Source: an uncultured Dehalococcoidales bacterium | Lineage (GTDB): Bacteria; Chloroflexota; Dehalococcoidia; GIF9; AB-539-J10 | DNA: 64,000 bases | Assembly: GCA_964654015.1 (NCBI GenBank) | Contig: CAZZHQ010000001.1 | Location: forward strand, 6,455-70,454 | Direction of reading: 5' to 3' | Part shown: piece by piece, positions 47,434 through 58,004 of the stretch | Layout: every line of letters starts with the position of its first letter | How positions within the stretch are numbered: the first letter of the stretch is position 1 | The notes under the pieces: generated by a model | What the model saw: the letters and a program-made list of their open reading frames with translations, nothing else | Databases searched by the model: none | What the model was told of the DNA's origin: nothing | Made by a program: the position numbers and the translations under genes

Positions 47434-48348
47434 ATGCCACCATATGTCTTTTTCGAAAACCAATTTATGCCTTTAGAGGATGCCAAGATAGGAGTTTTAA
47501 CCCACGCCCTGCACTATGGCACGGCCTGCTTTGAGGGCATCCGTGGTAACTGGGACAGTGAGCAGAATAGAATCTGCCTCTTCCGTATTCAAGATCACTA
47601 TAAGCGCATGCTCAATGGCTGCCACCTGCTAAAAATCAAGCTGCCTTATTCGCTCGATGATTTATGCCAGTTGACTGTGGATTTGCTGAAAAAAAGTGAA
47701 TTCCGCGAAGATGTCTATATTCGACCCCTTGCCTATAAAAGTTCTCAGGCAATAGGGGTTCGACTCCATGGGCTGGAAGATGCACTGCTTATCATCGTAA
47801 CTACCCTGGGGTCTTACCTGGGTAAAGATAAGGTTCGTTGCTGCACGTCATCGTGGCGACGGGTAGACGACACCATGATTCCTGCCCGTGGGAAAATCTG
47901 CGGTATATATGTAAACAGCGCCCTGGCTAAAACCGAAGCAGAGGAAAATGGCTTCGATGAGGCTATATTGCTCAGCAACGATGGACATGTATCTGAAGGA
48001 AGCGGCGAGAATATATTCGTTGTTATTGATGGCACTCTGATAACACCACCCTCACAAGATAATATCCTTATTGGTATCACCAGAAATACGGTCATAGAAC
48101 TGGCGAAGAAGGAGTTGGGGATAGACACCGTAGAGCGAAGCATCGATAGGAGCGAATTATATCTTGCGGATGAATGTTTTTTCACCGGCACCGCAACACA
48201 TATTGCTCCAATCATAGAAATTGACAACCGCATAATAGGCACAGGCGATATCGGTAAGATTACCGGTGATTTACAGAAATTATATAGTAAAGTAATAAAG
48301 GGCAGTAATCCTAAATATGACAAATGGGCTACCTTCGTTTCCCCTTAA
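47434..48348 (+). CDS. ilvE: branched-chain amino acid aminotransferase (class IV)
   Basis: 304 aa with a fold-type IV pattern (FEGIRG, YIRP, GENIF, GITR). Confidence 0.85.
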   Translation: MPPYVFFENQFMPLEDAKIGVLTHALHYGTACFEGIRGNWDSEQNRICLFRIQDHYKRMLNGCHLLKIKLPYSLDDLCQLTVDLLKKSEFREDVYIRPLAYKSSQAIGVRLHGLEDALLIIVTTLGSYLGKDKVRCCTSSWRRVDDTMIPARGKICGIYVNSALAKTEAEENGFDEAILLSNDGHVSEGSGENIFVVIDGTLITPPSQDNILIGITRNTVIELAKKELGIDTVERSIDRSELYLADECFFTGTATHIAPIIEIDNRIIGTGDIGKITGDLQKLYSKVIKGSNPKYDKWATFVSP

Positions 48349-48551
48349 GGTTCCTGCCATACTTGGCCCCATGGTAAAATGACACTATCGGCTTGCTGAG
48401 CTGTATATCAAGTTCTCTTAATTACCAACTTAACGGTGCTAGCACACGTCCAATAACCGATAGCATACAGCGCAGTGAAGATGCCGCCGCTGCACTACTA
48501 CTACACTTCCAGCAAAATAGTTGGCGAAAAAGGGAAGGCTAAAAAGAGGAA

Positions 48552-49172
48552 ATGATTACCATAATTGACTACGGCGCCGGAAATTTGCGTAGCGTGTCCA
48601 ATGCTATTACAAGTCTGGGATATAAAGCGAAGGTAAGCAGCGACCCCGATGAAGTAATCCGAGCTGAATCTGTCATCCTTCCAGGGGTCGGGGCCGCCGC
48701 AGACACGATGGCAAACCTGGAGGAGAGAGGACTGCTCGATCCAATTCGCCAGGTAATCGCCGCAGGGCTTCCCTTCCTTGGCATCTGCATGGGATTGCAG
48801 GTTCTGTTCACTGAAACAGAAGAGGGAGGGTTGCATAAATGCCTGGACATCATTCCCGGCAAAGTGAGAAAGTTGCCTTCAGGGCTGAAGAATCCTCATA
48901 TGGGATGGAATCAGGTACGGCAGCTTTACTCCCACCCTATATTCGATGGAATCCCAGACAATTCATACTTCTATTTTGTTCATGGCTATTATGCTGACCC
49001 TGACGATAGCTCTCTCGTTGCAGGAGAGACAAAATATGGTCTGCCTTTATGCAGCGTCCTTATCAGGAACAACTTGATAGCGACGCAGTTTCATCCAGAA
49101 AAAAGCGGAGCGTTGGGGCTCAGGATGTATAATAACTTTATAAAAATAGCTGCGTCGAAGCAAACATTCTAA
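48552..49172 (+). CDS. hisH: imidazole glycerol phosphate synthase, glutamine amidotransferase subunit
   Basis: [19 protein letters not shown] (catalytic Cys), QFHPEKS. Confidence 0.9.
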   Translation: MITIIDYGAGNLRSVSNAITSLGYKAKVSSDPDEVIRAESVILPGVGAAADTMANLEERGLLDPIRQVIAAGLPFLGICMGLQVLFTETEEGGLHKCLDIIPGKVRKLPSGLKNPHMGWNQVRQLYSHPIFDGIPDNSYFYFVHGYYADPDDSSLVAGETKYGLPLCSVLIRNNLIATQFHPEKSGALGLRMYNNFIKIAASKQTF

Positions 49173-49203
49173 ACTGGAACAAGAAGGGAAGGCTTTACCG
49201 TAT

Positions 49204-50001
49204 ATGGACTATACCCAGAATATGCTGACCAAAAGGATAATTCCCTGCCTGGATGTAAAAGATGGCAGGGTAGTAAAAGGCAGCAGTTTCAAAAACTTGC
49301 GAGACGCTGGTGACCCAGCGGTATTAGCACGCTTCTACTACGAAGAGGGTGCCGATGAGCTTGTTCTGCTGGATATAAGTGCCACCCCCGAAGAAAGAAG
49401 CACCATGGTAGATGTGGTCCAACGCATTTCAGGGGATATTTTCATGCCCTTAACCGTAGGAGGGGGACTACGAAACATCAGTGACATAAGACATCTCTTG
49501 CTGGCAGGGGCCGACAAGGTCTCCATTAACACCGCCGCTGTGCTTACCCCTGCCCTGATTAGCGCAAGCGCTGGTAAATTCGGCAGCCAATGCATCGTGG
49601 TAGCTATAGACGCCAAACGTATAGAGGAGAAAGAGCAACCCCACTGGGAAGTCTATACCCACAGTGGCACCCGGGCAACAGGAATAGATGCCCTTTCCTG
49701 GGCAAAAAAAGTAACAACATTGGGAGCAGGGGAGATTCTGCTTACCAGCATAGACGCCGATGGACATCGCTCGGGATACGACATTGACCTGACCCGCACT
49801 ATTTCCGAAGCAGTAAGCATACCTGTCATAGCCAGTGGAGGTGCTGGCACAGCCGAGGACCTGTATCAAGCCCTGGTCGCCGGAAAAGCAGACGCGGTTC
49901 TTGCTGCAAGTATATTCCATTACAAAAGTTTTTCTATACATGAGATTAAGAAATATCTAAGGCAACGAGGATTAGCAATACGCATTGAACCAAAAAGGTA
50001 G
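49204..50001 (+). CDS. hisF: imidazole glycerol phosphate synthase, cyclase subunit
   Basis: [29 protein letters not shown]. An alternative start at 49222 would give the canonical [12 protein letters not shown]. Confidence 0.9.
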   Translation: MDYTQNMLTKRIIPCLDVKDGRVVKGSSFKNLRDAGDPAVLARFYYEEGADELVLLDISATPEERSTMVDVVQRISGDIFMPLTVGGGLRNISDIRHLLLAGADKVSINTAAVLTPALISASAGKFGSQCIVVAIDAKRIEEKEQPHWEVYTHSGTRATGIDALSWAKKVTTLGAGEILLTSIDADGHRSGYDIDLTRTISEAVSIPVIASGGAGTAEDLYQALVAGKADAVLAASIFHYKSFSIHEIKKYLRQRGLAIRIEPKR

Positions 50002-50152
50002 CTGCAAGGCAATATCAAAGACCCCTACCACTTGAAACAAAGGACAAAATGCTTCAAAATATACTTTCAATGCTCCAGTAGCATGTCCTTATTTGGGCTT
50101 GCTATAAAGAAAAATAAAAATGCTATATAGCCAGAATAAAGGGGTGGTATAA

Positions 50153-51496
50153 ATGTTAGACAAGAACGTAAAGAAAAGTAAAGAATACATCTTGGAGCTT
50201 GTTAAAGAACAAAATGTTAGATTTATCCGCCTATGGTTCACTGATATTCTTGGCACTCTTAAGAGCTTCGCCATAACGGTAGGGGAACTGAAAAGAGCTA
50301 TAGAAGAAGGTATGGGCTTTGATGGTTCTTCTATTCAAGGTTTCGTCCGAATCGACGAGAGCGACATGATAGCCATGCCTGATCCGAATACATTCCTCCT
50401 GCTTCCACAGAGCGCACAAGAAAAATACCCGGAGGCAAGAATGTTTTGTGACATCCAAAAACCAGGGGGAGACATCTTCGAAGGAGACCCCCGGTACGTC
50501 TTGAAGAGGAATTTAAAAAGAGCTGCAGATATGGGATACACTTTCTATGTTGGTCCAGAACTGGAGTACTTCTACTTCAAGGACAAATACAGTACGGAGA
50601 CCATTGATGATGGGGGATATTTTGACCTTACCTCTCTCGACACAGCCACCGACCTGAGCAGAGAGACTGTAATCACCCTGGAAAGCATGGGGATTGGCAT
50701 TGACTATTATCACCATGAGGTCGCCCCAAGCCAACACGAGATAGTTATGAAATATACCGATGCTCTTACCATGGCTGATAACGTAATGACCTATCGTTTG
50801 ATTATCAAAGAAGTCGCACTCAATCATGGAGTTTATGCCACATTTATGCCCAAGCCTATCTTCGGCATCAATGGCAGCGGAATGCACGTGCATCAATCGC
50901 TATTCAAGGGCAATACCAATGCGTTCTTTGCCAGGGATGATGAATATTACCTCTCGACTATAGCGAAGCAGTACATAGCAGGGCTGCTCAAACATGCACC
51001 AGAAATAACCCTCATCAACAACCAGTGGATCAATTCCTATAAACGACTGGTACCTGGTTATGAAGCCCCAGTCTATCTTTCTTGGGCACAGCGTAACAGG
51101 GCTGATCTGATAAGGGTTCCCGGATACAAACCAGGCCAGGAAAACGCCACCAGGATTGAATTCCGCTCCCCCGACCCTGCTTGTAACCCTTACCTTGCCT
51201 TTAGTGTTATGCTGGCTGCGGGGCTCGAGGGAATCGAAAAACAATACGACTTTGTTGAACCAATAGAATTAAATGTATATGAGCTAAATGAGCAGGAACG
51301 AAAGAAAATGGGGATTGGGACATTGCCTGCCAGTCTCTGGGAAGCTATACAGCTGGCAGAGAAAAGTGAACTTGTGCAAAAAGCCCTGGGAGAACATGTT
51401 TTTAATGCTCTTATCGAAGATAAGAAATTTGAGTGGGATAAATACAGAACCCAGGTAACCGAATATGAATTAAAACAATATCTGCCTGTACTATAA
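50153..51496 (+). CDS. glnA: glutamine synthetase, type I
   Basis: 447 aa with FTDILG, HHEVAPSQHEI, GSGMHVHQS and NPYL motifs. Confidence 0.9.
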   Translation: MLDKNVKKSKEYILELVKEQNVRFIRLWFTDILGTLKSFAITVGELKRAIEEGMGFDGSSIQGFVRIDESDMIAMPDPNTFLLLPQSAQEKYPEARMFCDIQKPGGDIFEGDPRYVLKRNLKRAADMGYTFYVGPELEYFYFKDKYSTETIDDGGYFDLTSLDTATDLSRETVITLESMGIGIDYYHHEVAPSQHEIVMKYTDALTMADNVMTYRLIIKEVALNHGVYATFMPKPIFGINGSGMHVHQSLFKGNTNAFFARDDEYYLSTIAKQYIAGLLKHAPEITLINNQWINSYKRLVPGYEAPVYLSWAQRNRADLIRVPGYKPGQENATRIEFRSPDPACNPYLAFSVMLAAGLEGIEKQYDFVEPIELNVYELNEQERKKMGIGTLPASLWEAIQLAEKSELVQKALGEHVFNALIEDKKFEWDKYRTQVTEYELKQYLPVL

Positions 51497-51676
51497 AGGG
51501 GCCAAGACACAGGGAGTCTCCTGGCCTTATCCATCCAATATCATGCAGGAGTTTCTCATAAGCCCTGGATTGTAGTTACTTATTCCAGTGATTCACAGAT
51601 ATGACAAAAAGTCTGAAGGGGATAAACATTATCACCAGGTTGTTCGAAGGAATCTTAATCGGAAAGGAAGTTGCTG

Positions 51677-53068
51677 ATGCATGAGAGTTGTGCCGTTTTC
51701 GGAATATATACTCCAGGTGTTGATGTCAGTCGTTTAATCTTCTTCGCTTTGTTCAGTCTCCAGCACCGCGGGCAGGAAAGCAGTGGCATCGCAGTTAGTG
51801 ACGGTATCAGCATAAAAAACCACACAGGGGCAGGGCTTGTTTCTCGCGTATTTACCGAAGATGATATTGCCAACCTGAAGGGAAATATTGGCATCGGCCA
51901 TAATAGATATTCGACAACAGGGGCAAGCACCATTGTTAATGCACAGCCAGTGATCATCGATTCAGCAGGCCTGGCACTGGCCCACAATGGCAACCTGGTT
52001 AATAGTAAAACTCTCCGAGAAGAGTTAACACAAAAGGGATACAGTTTTCATAGCTCCACTGATTCTGAGGTCATAGCCAACATGATACTGGCCTCACCTG
52101 GTAAAGACTGGGAGGACAAAATCAGGTCCGCCATGTACCGCCTCCAGGGCGCCTATTCTATGACCATCATGACCGCTGATAAACTCATTGCTGTTCGTGA
52201 CCCCCTGGGTGTTCGCCCTCTCTGTCTGGGTACCCTGGATGGAGGTTATGCCATCGCATCGGAAAGCTGTGCTCTGGACCACATCGGCGCCAAGTTTTCC
52301 AGGGAAATCAACCCCGGAGAAATCGTCATCATCGACAAGACGGGAATCAGCTCTTTCACTCAGAAAAGTCAGAGGAAGGCTCTGTGCATCTTTGAATATG
52401 TCTATTTTGCACGCCCGGACAGCACCATTAATGGCAAGCTTGTGTACAGGACCAGGCAGGCAATGGGAGAGCTGCTGGCTAAAGAATATCCTGTTGATGC
52501 AGACCTGGTCATTGGCGTCCCTGACTCTGCCACTGCTGCCGGGATTGGTTATTCCAGGGCATCAGGAATACCTTATTGCGAGGGTCTAATCAAGAACCGC
52601 TATGTGGGGCGCACTTTCATCATGCCCAACCAGAGATTGAGGGACCTTGGTGTCGGGATGAAGTTCAATCCTCTCTCCGAGATTATAGCAGGGAAGCGCC
52701 TGGTGGTCGTCGATGACAGCATTGTCCGGGGAACCACCACTCCCAAGATAGTTGCCCTGTTGAGAAAAGCAGGCGCCAGAGAAGTCCACCTCCGTATCTG
52801 TTGTCCTCCTATTCGGCACCCCTGTTTCCTGGGAGTAGATATGGCCACGGAAGGGGAACTCATCGCCGCCAGAAAGAGTATCTCAGAGATCAAGGAATAT
52901 CTGGAAGCTGATTCGCTTGGTTATCTCAGTCTGGAGAGCTTGATACAGGCGATAGGATTACCCAGAGATACCTTCTGCCTGGCTTGCTTCAATAACGATT
53001 ATCCCATACCAGTACAAAGAGAAATGCCCAAACTTGCCCTGGAAACAGTATCAAGCCCTGACAGGTAA
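51677..53068 (+). CDS. purF: amidophosphoribosyltransferase
   Basis: MHES-CAVFGI Ntn cysteine, PRTase motif VVVDDSIVRGTT, and C-terminal Cys ligands for a 4Fe-4S cluster. Confidence 0.9.
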   Translation: MHESCAVFGIYTPGVDVSRLIFFALFSLQHRGQESSGIAVSDGISIKNHTGAGLVSRVFTEDDIANLKGNIGIGHNRYSTTGASTIVNAQPVIIDSAGLALAHNGNLVNSKTLREELTQKGYSFHSSTDSEVIANMILASPGKDWEDKIRSAMYRLQGAYSMTIMTADKLIAVRDPLGVRPLCLGTLDGGYAIASESCALDHIGAKFSREINPGEIVIIDKTGISSFTQKSQRKALCIFEYVYFARPDSTINGKLVYRTRQAMGELLAKEYPVDADLVIGVPDSATAAGIGYSRASGIPYCEGLIKNRYVGRTFIMPNQRLRDLGVGMKFNPLSEIIAGKRLVVVDDSIVRGTTTPKIVALLRKAGAREVHLRICCPPIRHPCFLGVDMATEGELIAARKSISEIKEYLEADSLGYLSLESLIQAIGLPRDTFCLACFNNDYPIPVQREMPKLALETVSSPDR

Positions 53069-53663
53069 GGAGGAAACAGTTACGAAAATCGGTGTATTAG
53101 CTCTACAAGGAGCCTTTATAGAACATATCGGCATCATACAACAATTAGGGGCGTTGCCTTTGCCGATTCGTTTGCCTGATCAACTTAAAGGTTTGGATGG
53201 CCTTATTATCCCTGGTGGGGAGAGCAGTACCCTCCTTAAGCTAATGCACAGCTTCGGTTTATTCAATGTCTTACGAGAGCTAGTACTGGACGGATTGCCT
53301 ATTTGGGGTACATGCGCCGGGTTGATTTGCCTGGGGCAAACTACTTCTCGTCATGATGAAGCTACTCTGGCAGTTATGGACATTAATGTTAAACGTAACG
53401 CCTTTGGCAGGCAGACAGAAAGCTTTGAAACTGACCTTGATATTCCAGTCCTGGGAGACAGCCTTTTTAAAGCGATATTTATTCGCGCTCCAGCTATCAC
53501 AAAAGTAGGCCCGATGGTGGAAGTACTGGCCAAGCTACACGACGACACCATTACCGCCGCCAGACAAGAAAACATGCTAGCAACGGCTTTTCATCCGGAG
53601 TTGAGTGGCGACTTCAGGTTTCACCAGTATTTTATCAGGGAAATCATCACTAAAAAGGATTAA
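53034..53663 (+). CDS. pdxT: pyridoxal 5'-phosphate synthase glutaminase subunit
   Basis: KIGVLALQGAFIEH, GTCAGLI (catalytic Cys), FHPE. The true start is unclear (see finding); the track start TTG 53034 overlaps purF by 35 nt. Confidence 0.8.
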   Translation: MPWKQYQALTGKEETVTKIGVLALQGAFIEHIGIIQQLGALPLPIRLPDQLKGLDGLIIPGGESSTLLKLMHSFGLFNVLRELVLDGLPIWGTCAGLICLGQTTSRHDEATLAVMDINVKRNAFGRQTESFETDLDIPVLGDSLFKAIFIRAPAITKVGPMVEVLAKLHDDTITAARQENMLATAFHPELSGDFRFHQYFIREIITKKD

Positions 53664-53788
53664 ACAAAGGCTAACCTGATAACTATGCTCTTTGTTATCT
53701 TATACTATCGATATCAGTGCAAGCACCAAACCAATACCCATCAATCCGTAGAATGTGCATGTAATTACCTTGAAAACCGTCATAAACA

Positions 53789-54097
53789 TTATCCGTCTCC
53801 CTTCTCTGCTTCGTACTGCTTAGAATCATGAACCGACTGGGCATTATTCAGTTTTTTATCCAGTTTAGTCTTAAGGTTTGCTCCCTTATTCTTGTGAATA
53901 ACATTTTTCTTGACAGCTTTATCGATGTTACTCATAGCCTCCACAGCCTCTCGCTGTGCTACTTCTGTTTCATTTGAGGCAATAAGCACTTCCACCTTAG
54001 ACAGGCTGGTTTTATACTTACTGCGCATCAAGCGATTCCTCAATCTTTTTGCCTCTACGCCCGTTGCTGATTTAATGTTTGCCTTATTGGCTGGCAT
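53789..54097 (-). CDS. rpsT: 30S ribosomal protein S20
   Basis: ANKANIKSA...KRLRNRLMRSKYKT, a basic helical protein typical of S20. Confidence 0.9.
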   Translation of the reverse strand: MPANKANIKSATGVEAKRLRNRLMRSKYKTSLSKVEVLIASNETEVAQREAVEAMSNIDKAVKKNVIHKNKGANLKTKLDKKLNNAQSVHDSKQYEAEKGDG

Positions 54098-56237
54098 TTC
54101 TATCCCCTTTTCTGAACACAGCCATCACGCTCCCTACTGACTGTATCTTCGACATTATTTTATTCAATTGTGCAACACTATTTATCTGCATTGTAACATA
54201 CATGGACCTAATACTGTCACGTTCTGCCATTTTAAAATCACTAATGTTCACGCCGTCTTCAGCCAGCACATTGCTAATATCGCGAAGCAAGCCAACCCTA
54301 TCCCATGAGTCAATCTGAATGTTCACTGGATACAACTCCTCCACATCCCCCCAGCTAACTGCAATTAACCTCTCCTTTTCCTCTTCATTAATAATATTAA
54401 GGCAATCCCTTTGATGTACGGTAATTCCTTTACCCTGCGTAATATACCCGATAATCTTATCTCCTGGCAAGGGATGGCAACAAGCAGCTAAACGCGTAGA
54501 CAGGTTGCCAACTCCCAGTACTTTCACCTGTGAAGGGGTAATTTTTTTAGTTTCCGATATTTCGATCGATGCTTCCTGAGGTTCTAGATCAGCATTTAAT
54601 TTCAGCGTCACCTGTCCAAGGTGGATGCCGCCTGAACCTAGAGTTGATAGAAAATCATCCGTATTAACAAACTTGAACTGCCGCGCTAGCTTCTCAACTC
54701 GTACAGGGTCAATCCCTAAACGCTTAAACTCCTTCTCCAGAAGCTGCCTTCCTCTTTCAATATTTTGCCCTCGGTCCTGCTTGTTGAACCACTGCCTGAT
54801 TTTATTTTGGGAATGAGATGTTTTAATATAACCAAGAGCGGGATTAAGCCAATCCAGGCTTGGGCCCTTTCCGGTCTTAGCCGCAATTATCTCCACCACA
54901 TCGGCATTGTTTAGCTGGTAATTCAGAGGCATCAGGCGTTCGTTCACCTTCGCCCCGATACATCGATATCCAAGGTCCGTATGAATTCGAAAGGCAAAAT
55001 CCAGAGAAGTCGCTCCTTTGGGCAACTCCTTTATCTCCCCCTTAGGGGTGTATACGTACACGCGATCAGAGAGGACATCGTTTTTTACAGATTCCACAAA
55101 CTCCTCGCTATCAATCTCTTCACGCAGCTCGTTAATCTCATGCAACCAGTGAATCTTATCTTCAAAAGAAGCCTCCCCCTTTTCCCCTCCCTTGTAAAGC
55201 CAATGCGCAGCTACCCCATCCTTAGCAACTTGATGCATCTCATTGGTCCTGATTTGTATCTCCAGATGAGTTGTCCCCTTGCACATTACTGTGGTATGCA
55301 AAGACTGATAGCCGTTATCCTTCGGATTGGCAATATAATCATTAAATTCCTCAGTTATGGGATGCCAGTAATTGTGAATTGCGCCCAGGGCTTTATAGCA
55401 ATCGGAGACTGAGTCTACCAGCACCCGGAGAGCAAAGAGATCATGAATATCACTAAAAGCCTTGCCCTGTAAAGCATATTTTTTTATCTTCTGGTATGTA
55501 CTGTAGATATGTTTCGGCCTGCCGAAAATCGTCGCTTCTATATTAGCCTCATGCAGTTTTTGCTTCAATGTCTCTGTCACCTCACCAACGAACTTCTCCC
55601 GCTCCTCCAGCTTCGTAGCTATCAACCGCGAGACCCGGTGATATTCCTTCGGTTCCAGGTAACGAAAAGACAGGTCTTCCAGTTGCCATTTCACACTACG
55701 CATACCCAGACGATGCGCCAGGGGCGCATATATATCCAGGGTTTCCTGTGCGATCTCATGTCGTTTCTTAGAAGGTAAAGCAGCTAAAGTACGCATATTA
55801 TGCAACCTATCCGCCAATTTAATGAGAATCACCCTTAAGTCTTCCGACATGGCCACCAGCATCTTGCGCAGGTTCTCATTTTGACTCCTTGATCTTAACC
55901 CCGCTGCTTCTTTTCGCCATCCCAGCCCCCTCAATTTTGTGACTCCATCAACCAGTCTACTTACCTGGGAGCCAAATTCGGACTCAATGTCCTCCAGGGA
56001 TATACCACAATCCTCCGGAACATCGTGTAGCAAGGCGGCAGCCAGAGTTTCTGCATCAAGATGTAATTCGGCCAATGTCATAGCGGCCTGTAATGGATGG
56101 TCCACAAAAGGCTCTCCTGATCGGCGCAACTGCCCCTGGTGGGCCTCTAGGGCACGTTCATAAGCCGCCCTGACCAAGTTCACCTTGTTCTCAGGCAAAT
56201 ACTCTCCAGCCTTGTTCAGTAACGTGCTTACGTCCAT
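54084..56237 (-). CDS. rel: bifunctional (p)ppGpp synthetase/hydrolase (RelA/SpoT homolog)
   Basis: HD hydrolase motif (HDVPED), RelA_SpoT synthetase region (YQSLHTTV), TGS and C-terminal ACT. 717 aa. Confidence 0.95.
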   Translation of the reverse strand: MDVSTLLNKAGEYLPENKVNLVRAAYERALEAHQGQLRRSGEPFVDHPLQAAMTLAELHLDAETLAAALLHDVPEDCGISLEDIESEFGSQVSRLVDGVTKLRGLGWRKEAAGLRSRSQNENLRKMLVAMSEDLRVILIKLADRLHNMRTLAALPSKKRHEIAQETLDIYAPLAHRLGMRSVKWQLEDLSFRYLEPKEYHRVSRLIATKLEEREKFVGEVTETLKQKLHEANIEATIFGRPKHIYSTYQKIKKYALQGKAFSDIHDLFALRVLVDSVSDCYKALGAIHNYWHPITEEFNDYIANPKDNGYQSLHTTVMCKGTTHLEIQIRTNEMHQVAKDGVAAHWLYKGGEKGEASFEDKIHWLHEINELREEIDSEEFVESVKNDVLSDRVYVYTPKGEIKELPKGATSLDFAFRIHTDLGYRCIGAKVNERLMPLNYQLNNADVVEIIAAKTGKGPSLDWLNPALGYIKTSHSQNKIRQWFNKQDRGQNIERGRQLLEKEFKRLGIDPVRVEKLARQFKFVNTDDFLSTLGSGGIHLGQVTLKLNADLEPQEASIEISETKKITPSQVKVLGVGNLSTRLAACCHPLPGDKIIGYITQGKGITVHQRDCLNIINEEEKERLIAVSWGDVEELYPVNIQIDSWDRVGLLRDISNVLAEDGVNISDFKMAERDSIRSMYVTMQINSVAQLNKIMSKIQSVGSVMAVFRKGDRNASQ

Positions 56238-56428
56238 ATACTAAGCTCCATAATAGCCCAAGCGAAAAATCAACGCAACCTCAATTTCTATGTTACAATG
56301 CAATGCTCTTAGAGAAGGTGGCCTGTTTTATAAATTTTAGTCATCTCCCTTTGCGGACCTAACCAAGACAGCCTCTCCTTAACTCTGGGGCAAGAAAAGG
56401 TAGTTAAATTGATTACAGGAAATCTGAG

Positions 56429-56734
56429 ATGAGTAAGTTACAGGCAATAGTGATAAACAAACGAGATAATGTGGCTACCGCAGTAACCAATCTGCAGGAA
56501 GGTACTCCCGTAATACTTATTATAGGGGAGGGGAGCTTGTCTATTAAATTGCAGGAGGCCATCTCGCTGGGTCACAAGTTCAGCATCACACATATAGAAG
56601 ACGGCTCAGCTATAATAAAGTACGGTGAAGTAATAGGCTACGCCACCAGGCCAATCGAGGCAGGGAAACATGTGCATGTACATAATGTGCTTGGCAACAG
56701 AGGCCGTGGAGATTTACCGAAGGAGGCTATTTGA
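56429..56734 (+). CDS. UxaA/GarD-family dehydratase, N-terminal SAF-domain subunit
   Basis: 101 aa with a SAF-like motif (DNVATA ... GHKF). TTGA start/stop overlap with the next ORF. Confidence 0.7.
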   Translation: MSKLQAIVINKRDNVATAVTNLQEGTPVILIIGEGSLSIKLQEAISLGHKFSITHIEDGSAIIKYGEVIGYATRPIEAGKHVHVHNVLGNRGRGDLPKEAI

Positions 56735-57891
56735 GTTTTCTGGCGTATCCCCGTACCGATAACTCCTTCGGCGTAAGAAATCAGGTAGGCATTATAGCCA
56801 CAGTTGCCTGCGCTAATGACGTGGCACGCTGGATAAGCAATCAGACCTTCGGTAGTGTACCCTTCACCCACCAGCAGGGTTGTTGCCAGACAAAACCAGA
56901 CCTTGATATAGTAACCCGCACGTTAATCTCACTGGGTAGAAACCCCAATCTGACCAGCGTGATTCTGGTGAGCCTTGGCTGTGAGAGTATTTCTCCAAAC
57001 GAGGTAGCGGAAGGGATATCAGTGACAGGAAAAGAAGTGGAACAAATAGTCATCCAAAAAATAGGCGGCTCTGGTCCTGCCATTGCTGAGGGTTCCCGCC
57101 TAGCGCGCCAGTTAGTGAAAAAAGCTTCTCTACTCCAGCGCAGCTCCGTTCCTGACTCCGAATTAAGATTTGGTATTAAGTGTGGCGCCTCTGATACTAC
57201 TTCAGGATTAGTCTCCAATCCTGCCACCGGTGCCGCCGTAGACCTGCTTATAGAACACGGGGGCAGCTGTGTTTTCGGAGAGACCACAGAGTTCATGGGT
57301 GCCGAGCACCTGCTGGCTAAAAGAGCGGCATCTCCTGAGGTAGGGCAGCAGATTTTCGATATTGTTGAGCGAATGGAGAGGCGAGCCATAGATGCAGGAA
57401 CAGACATGCGTGGTGGACAACCTACTGGAGGTAATATTGCCGGTGGGTTAACTACTATCGAGGAAAAATCATTGGGAGCCATCAGTAAATGCGGTAGCAA
57501 ACCTATTCAAGCAGTGTACAAGTACGGAGAATGTCCCCAAGGTAAAGGCCTTTTTATAATCGACTCTCCAGGACGAGAGCCAGAAGCACTAACGGGCCTG
57601 GCGGCTGGAGGAGCACAGGTTATCTTGTTTTCAACAGGCAGGGGCGCTCCACAGGGCTTTCCTTTCGTCCCTGTAATAAAAATCACTGGCAACCCCCAAA
57701 CTTATGAACGTCTTCCTGATCATATAGACCTCTATATAGATATCGAAAATGGCTCCAGTCATGGCTTTGCCACGGCTGGCAGTATCATCTATGAAGAGGC
57801 GCTAAGAGTCGCATCGGGACAGAAAACCGTTGCGGAGATCACCGGTTACTCCGGTGCTACCAACATATATACCATCGGGCCAGTTATATAG
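56731..57891 (+). CDS. UxaA/GarD-family dehydratase, catalytic subunit
   Basis: 386 aa. GCES, GASDTTSG and STGRG patterns are typical of altronate/galactarate dehydratase C-terminal domains. Confidence 0.7.
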   Translation: MSFLAYPRTDNSFGVRNQVGIIATVACANDVARWISNQTFGSVPFTHQQGCCQTKPDLDIVTRTLISLGRNPNLTSVILVSLGCESISPNEVAEGISVTGKEVEQIVIQKIGGSGPAIAEGSRLARQLVKKASLLQRSSVPDSELRFGIKCGASDTTSGLVSNPATGAAVDLLIEHGGSCVFGETTEFMGAEHLLAKRAASPEVGQQIFDIVERMERRAIDAGTDMRGGQPTGGNIAGGLTTIEEKSLGAISKCGSKPIQAVYKYGECPQGKGLFIIDSPGREPEALTGLAAGGAQVILFSTGRGAPQGFPFVPVIKITGNPQTYERLPDHIDLYIDIENGSSHGFATAGSIIYEEALRVASGQKTVAEITGYSGATNIYTIGPVI

Positions 57892-58004
57892 AAGGCTCTC
57901 TGCATCGCGTTATGACATTTATCCTTCAAGGTAAGGCTAAACAACAATTTATGTTAAACTACTCTTATATAGACGTGTGATTATATACATAAAAAGGAGC
58001 TATC

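Noticed and set aside
56429-57891. Split UxaA/GarD-type dehydratase as a pseudogene
   Set aside because: The SAF-domain and catalytic parts are separate ORFs, but they are joined by a clean TTGA overlap. Two-subunit versions of this family are common, so this is probably functional rather than a frameshift.
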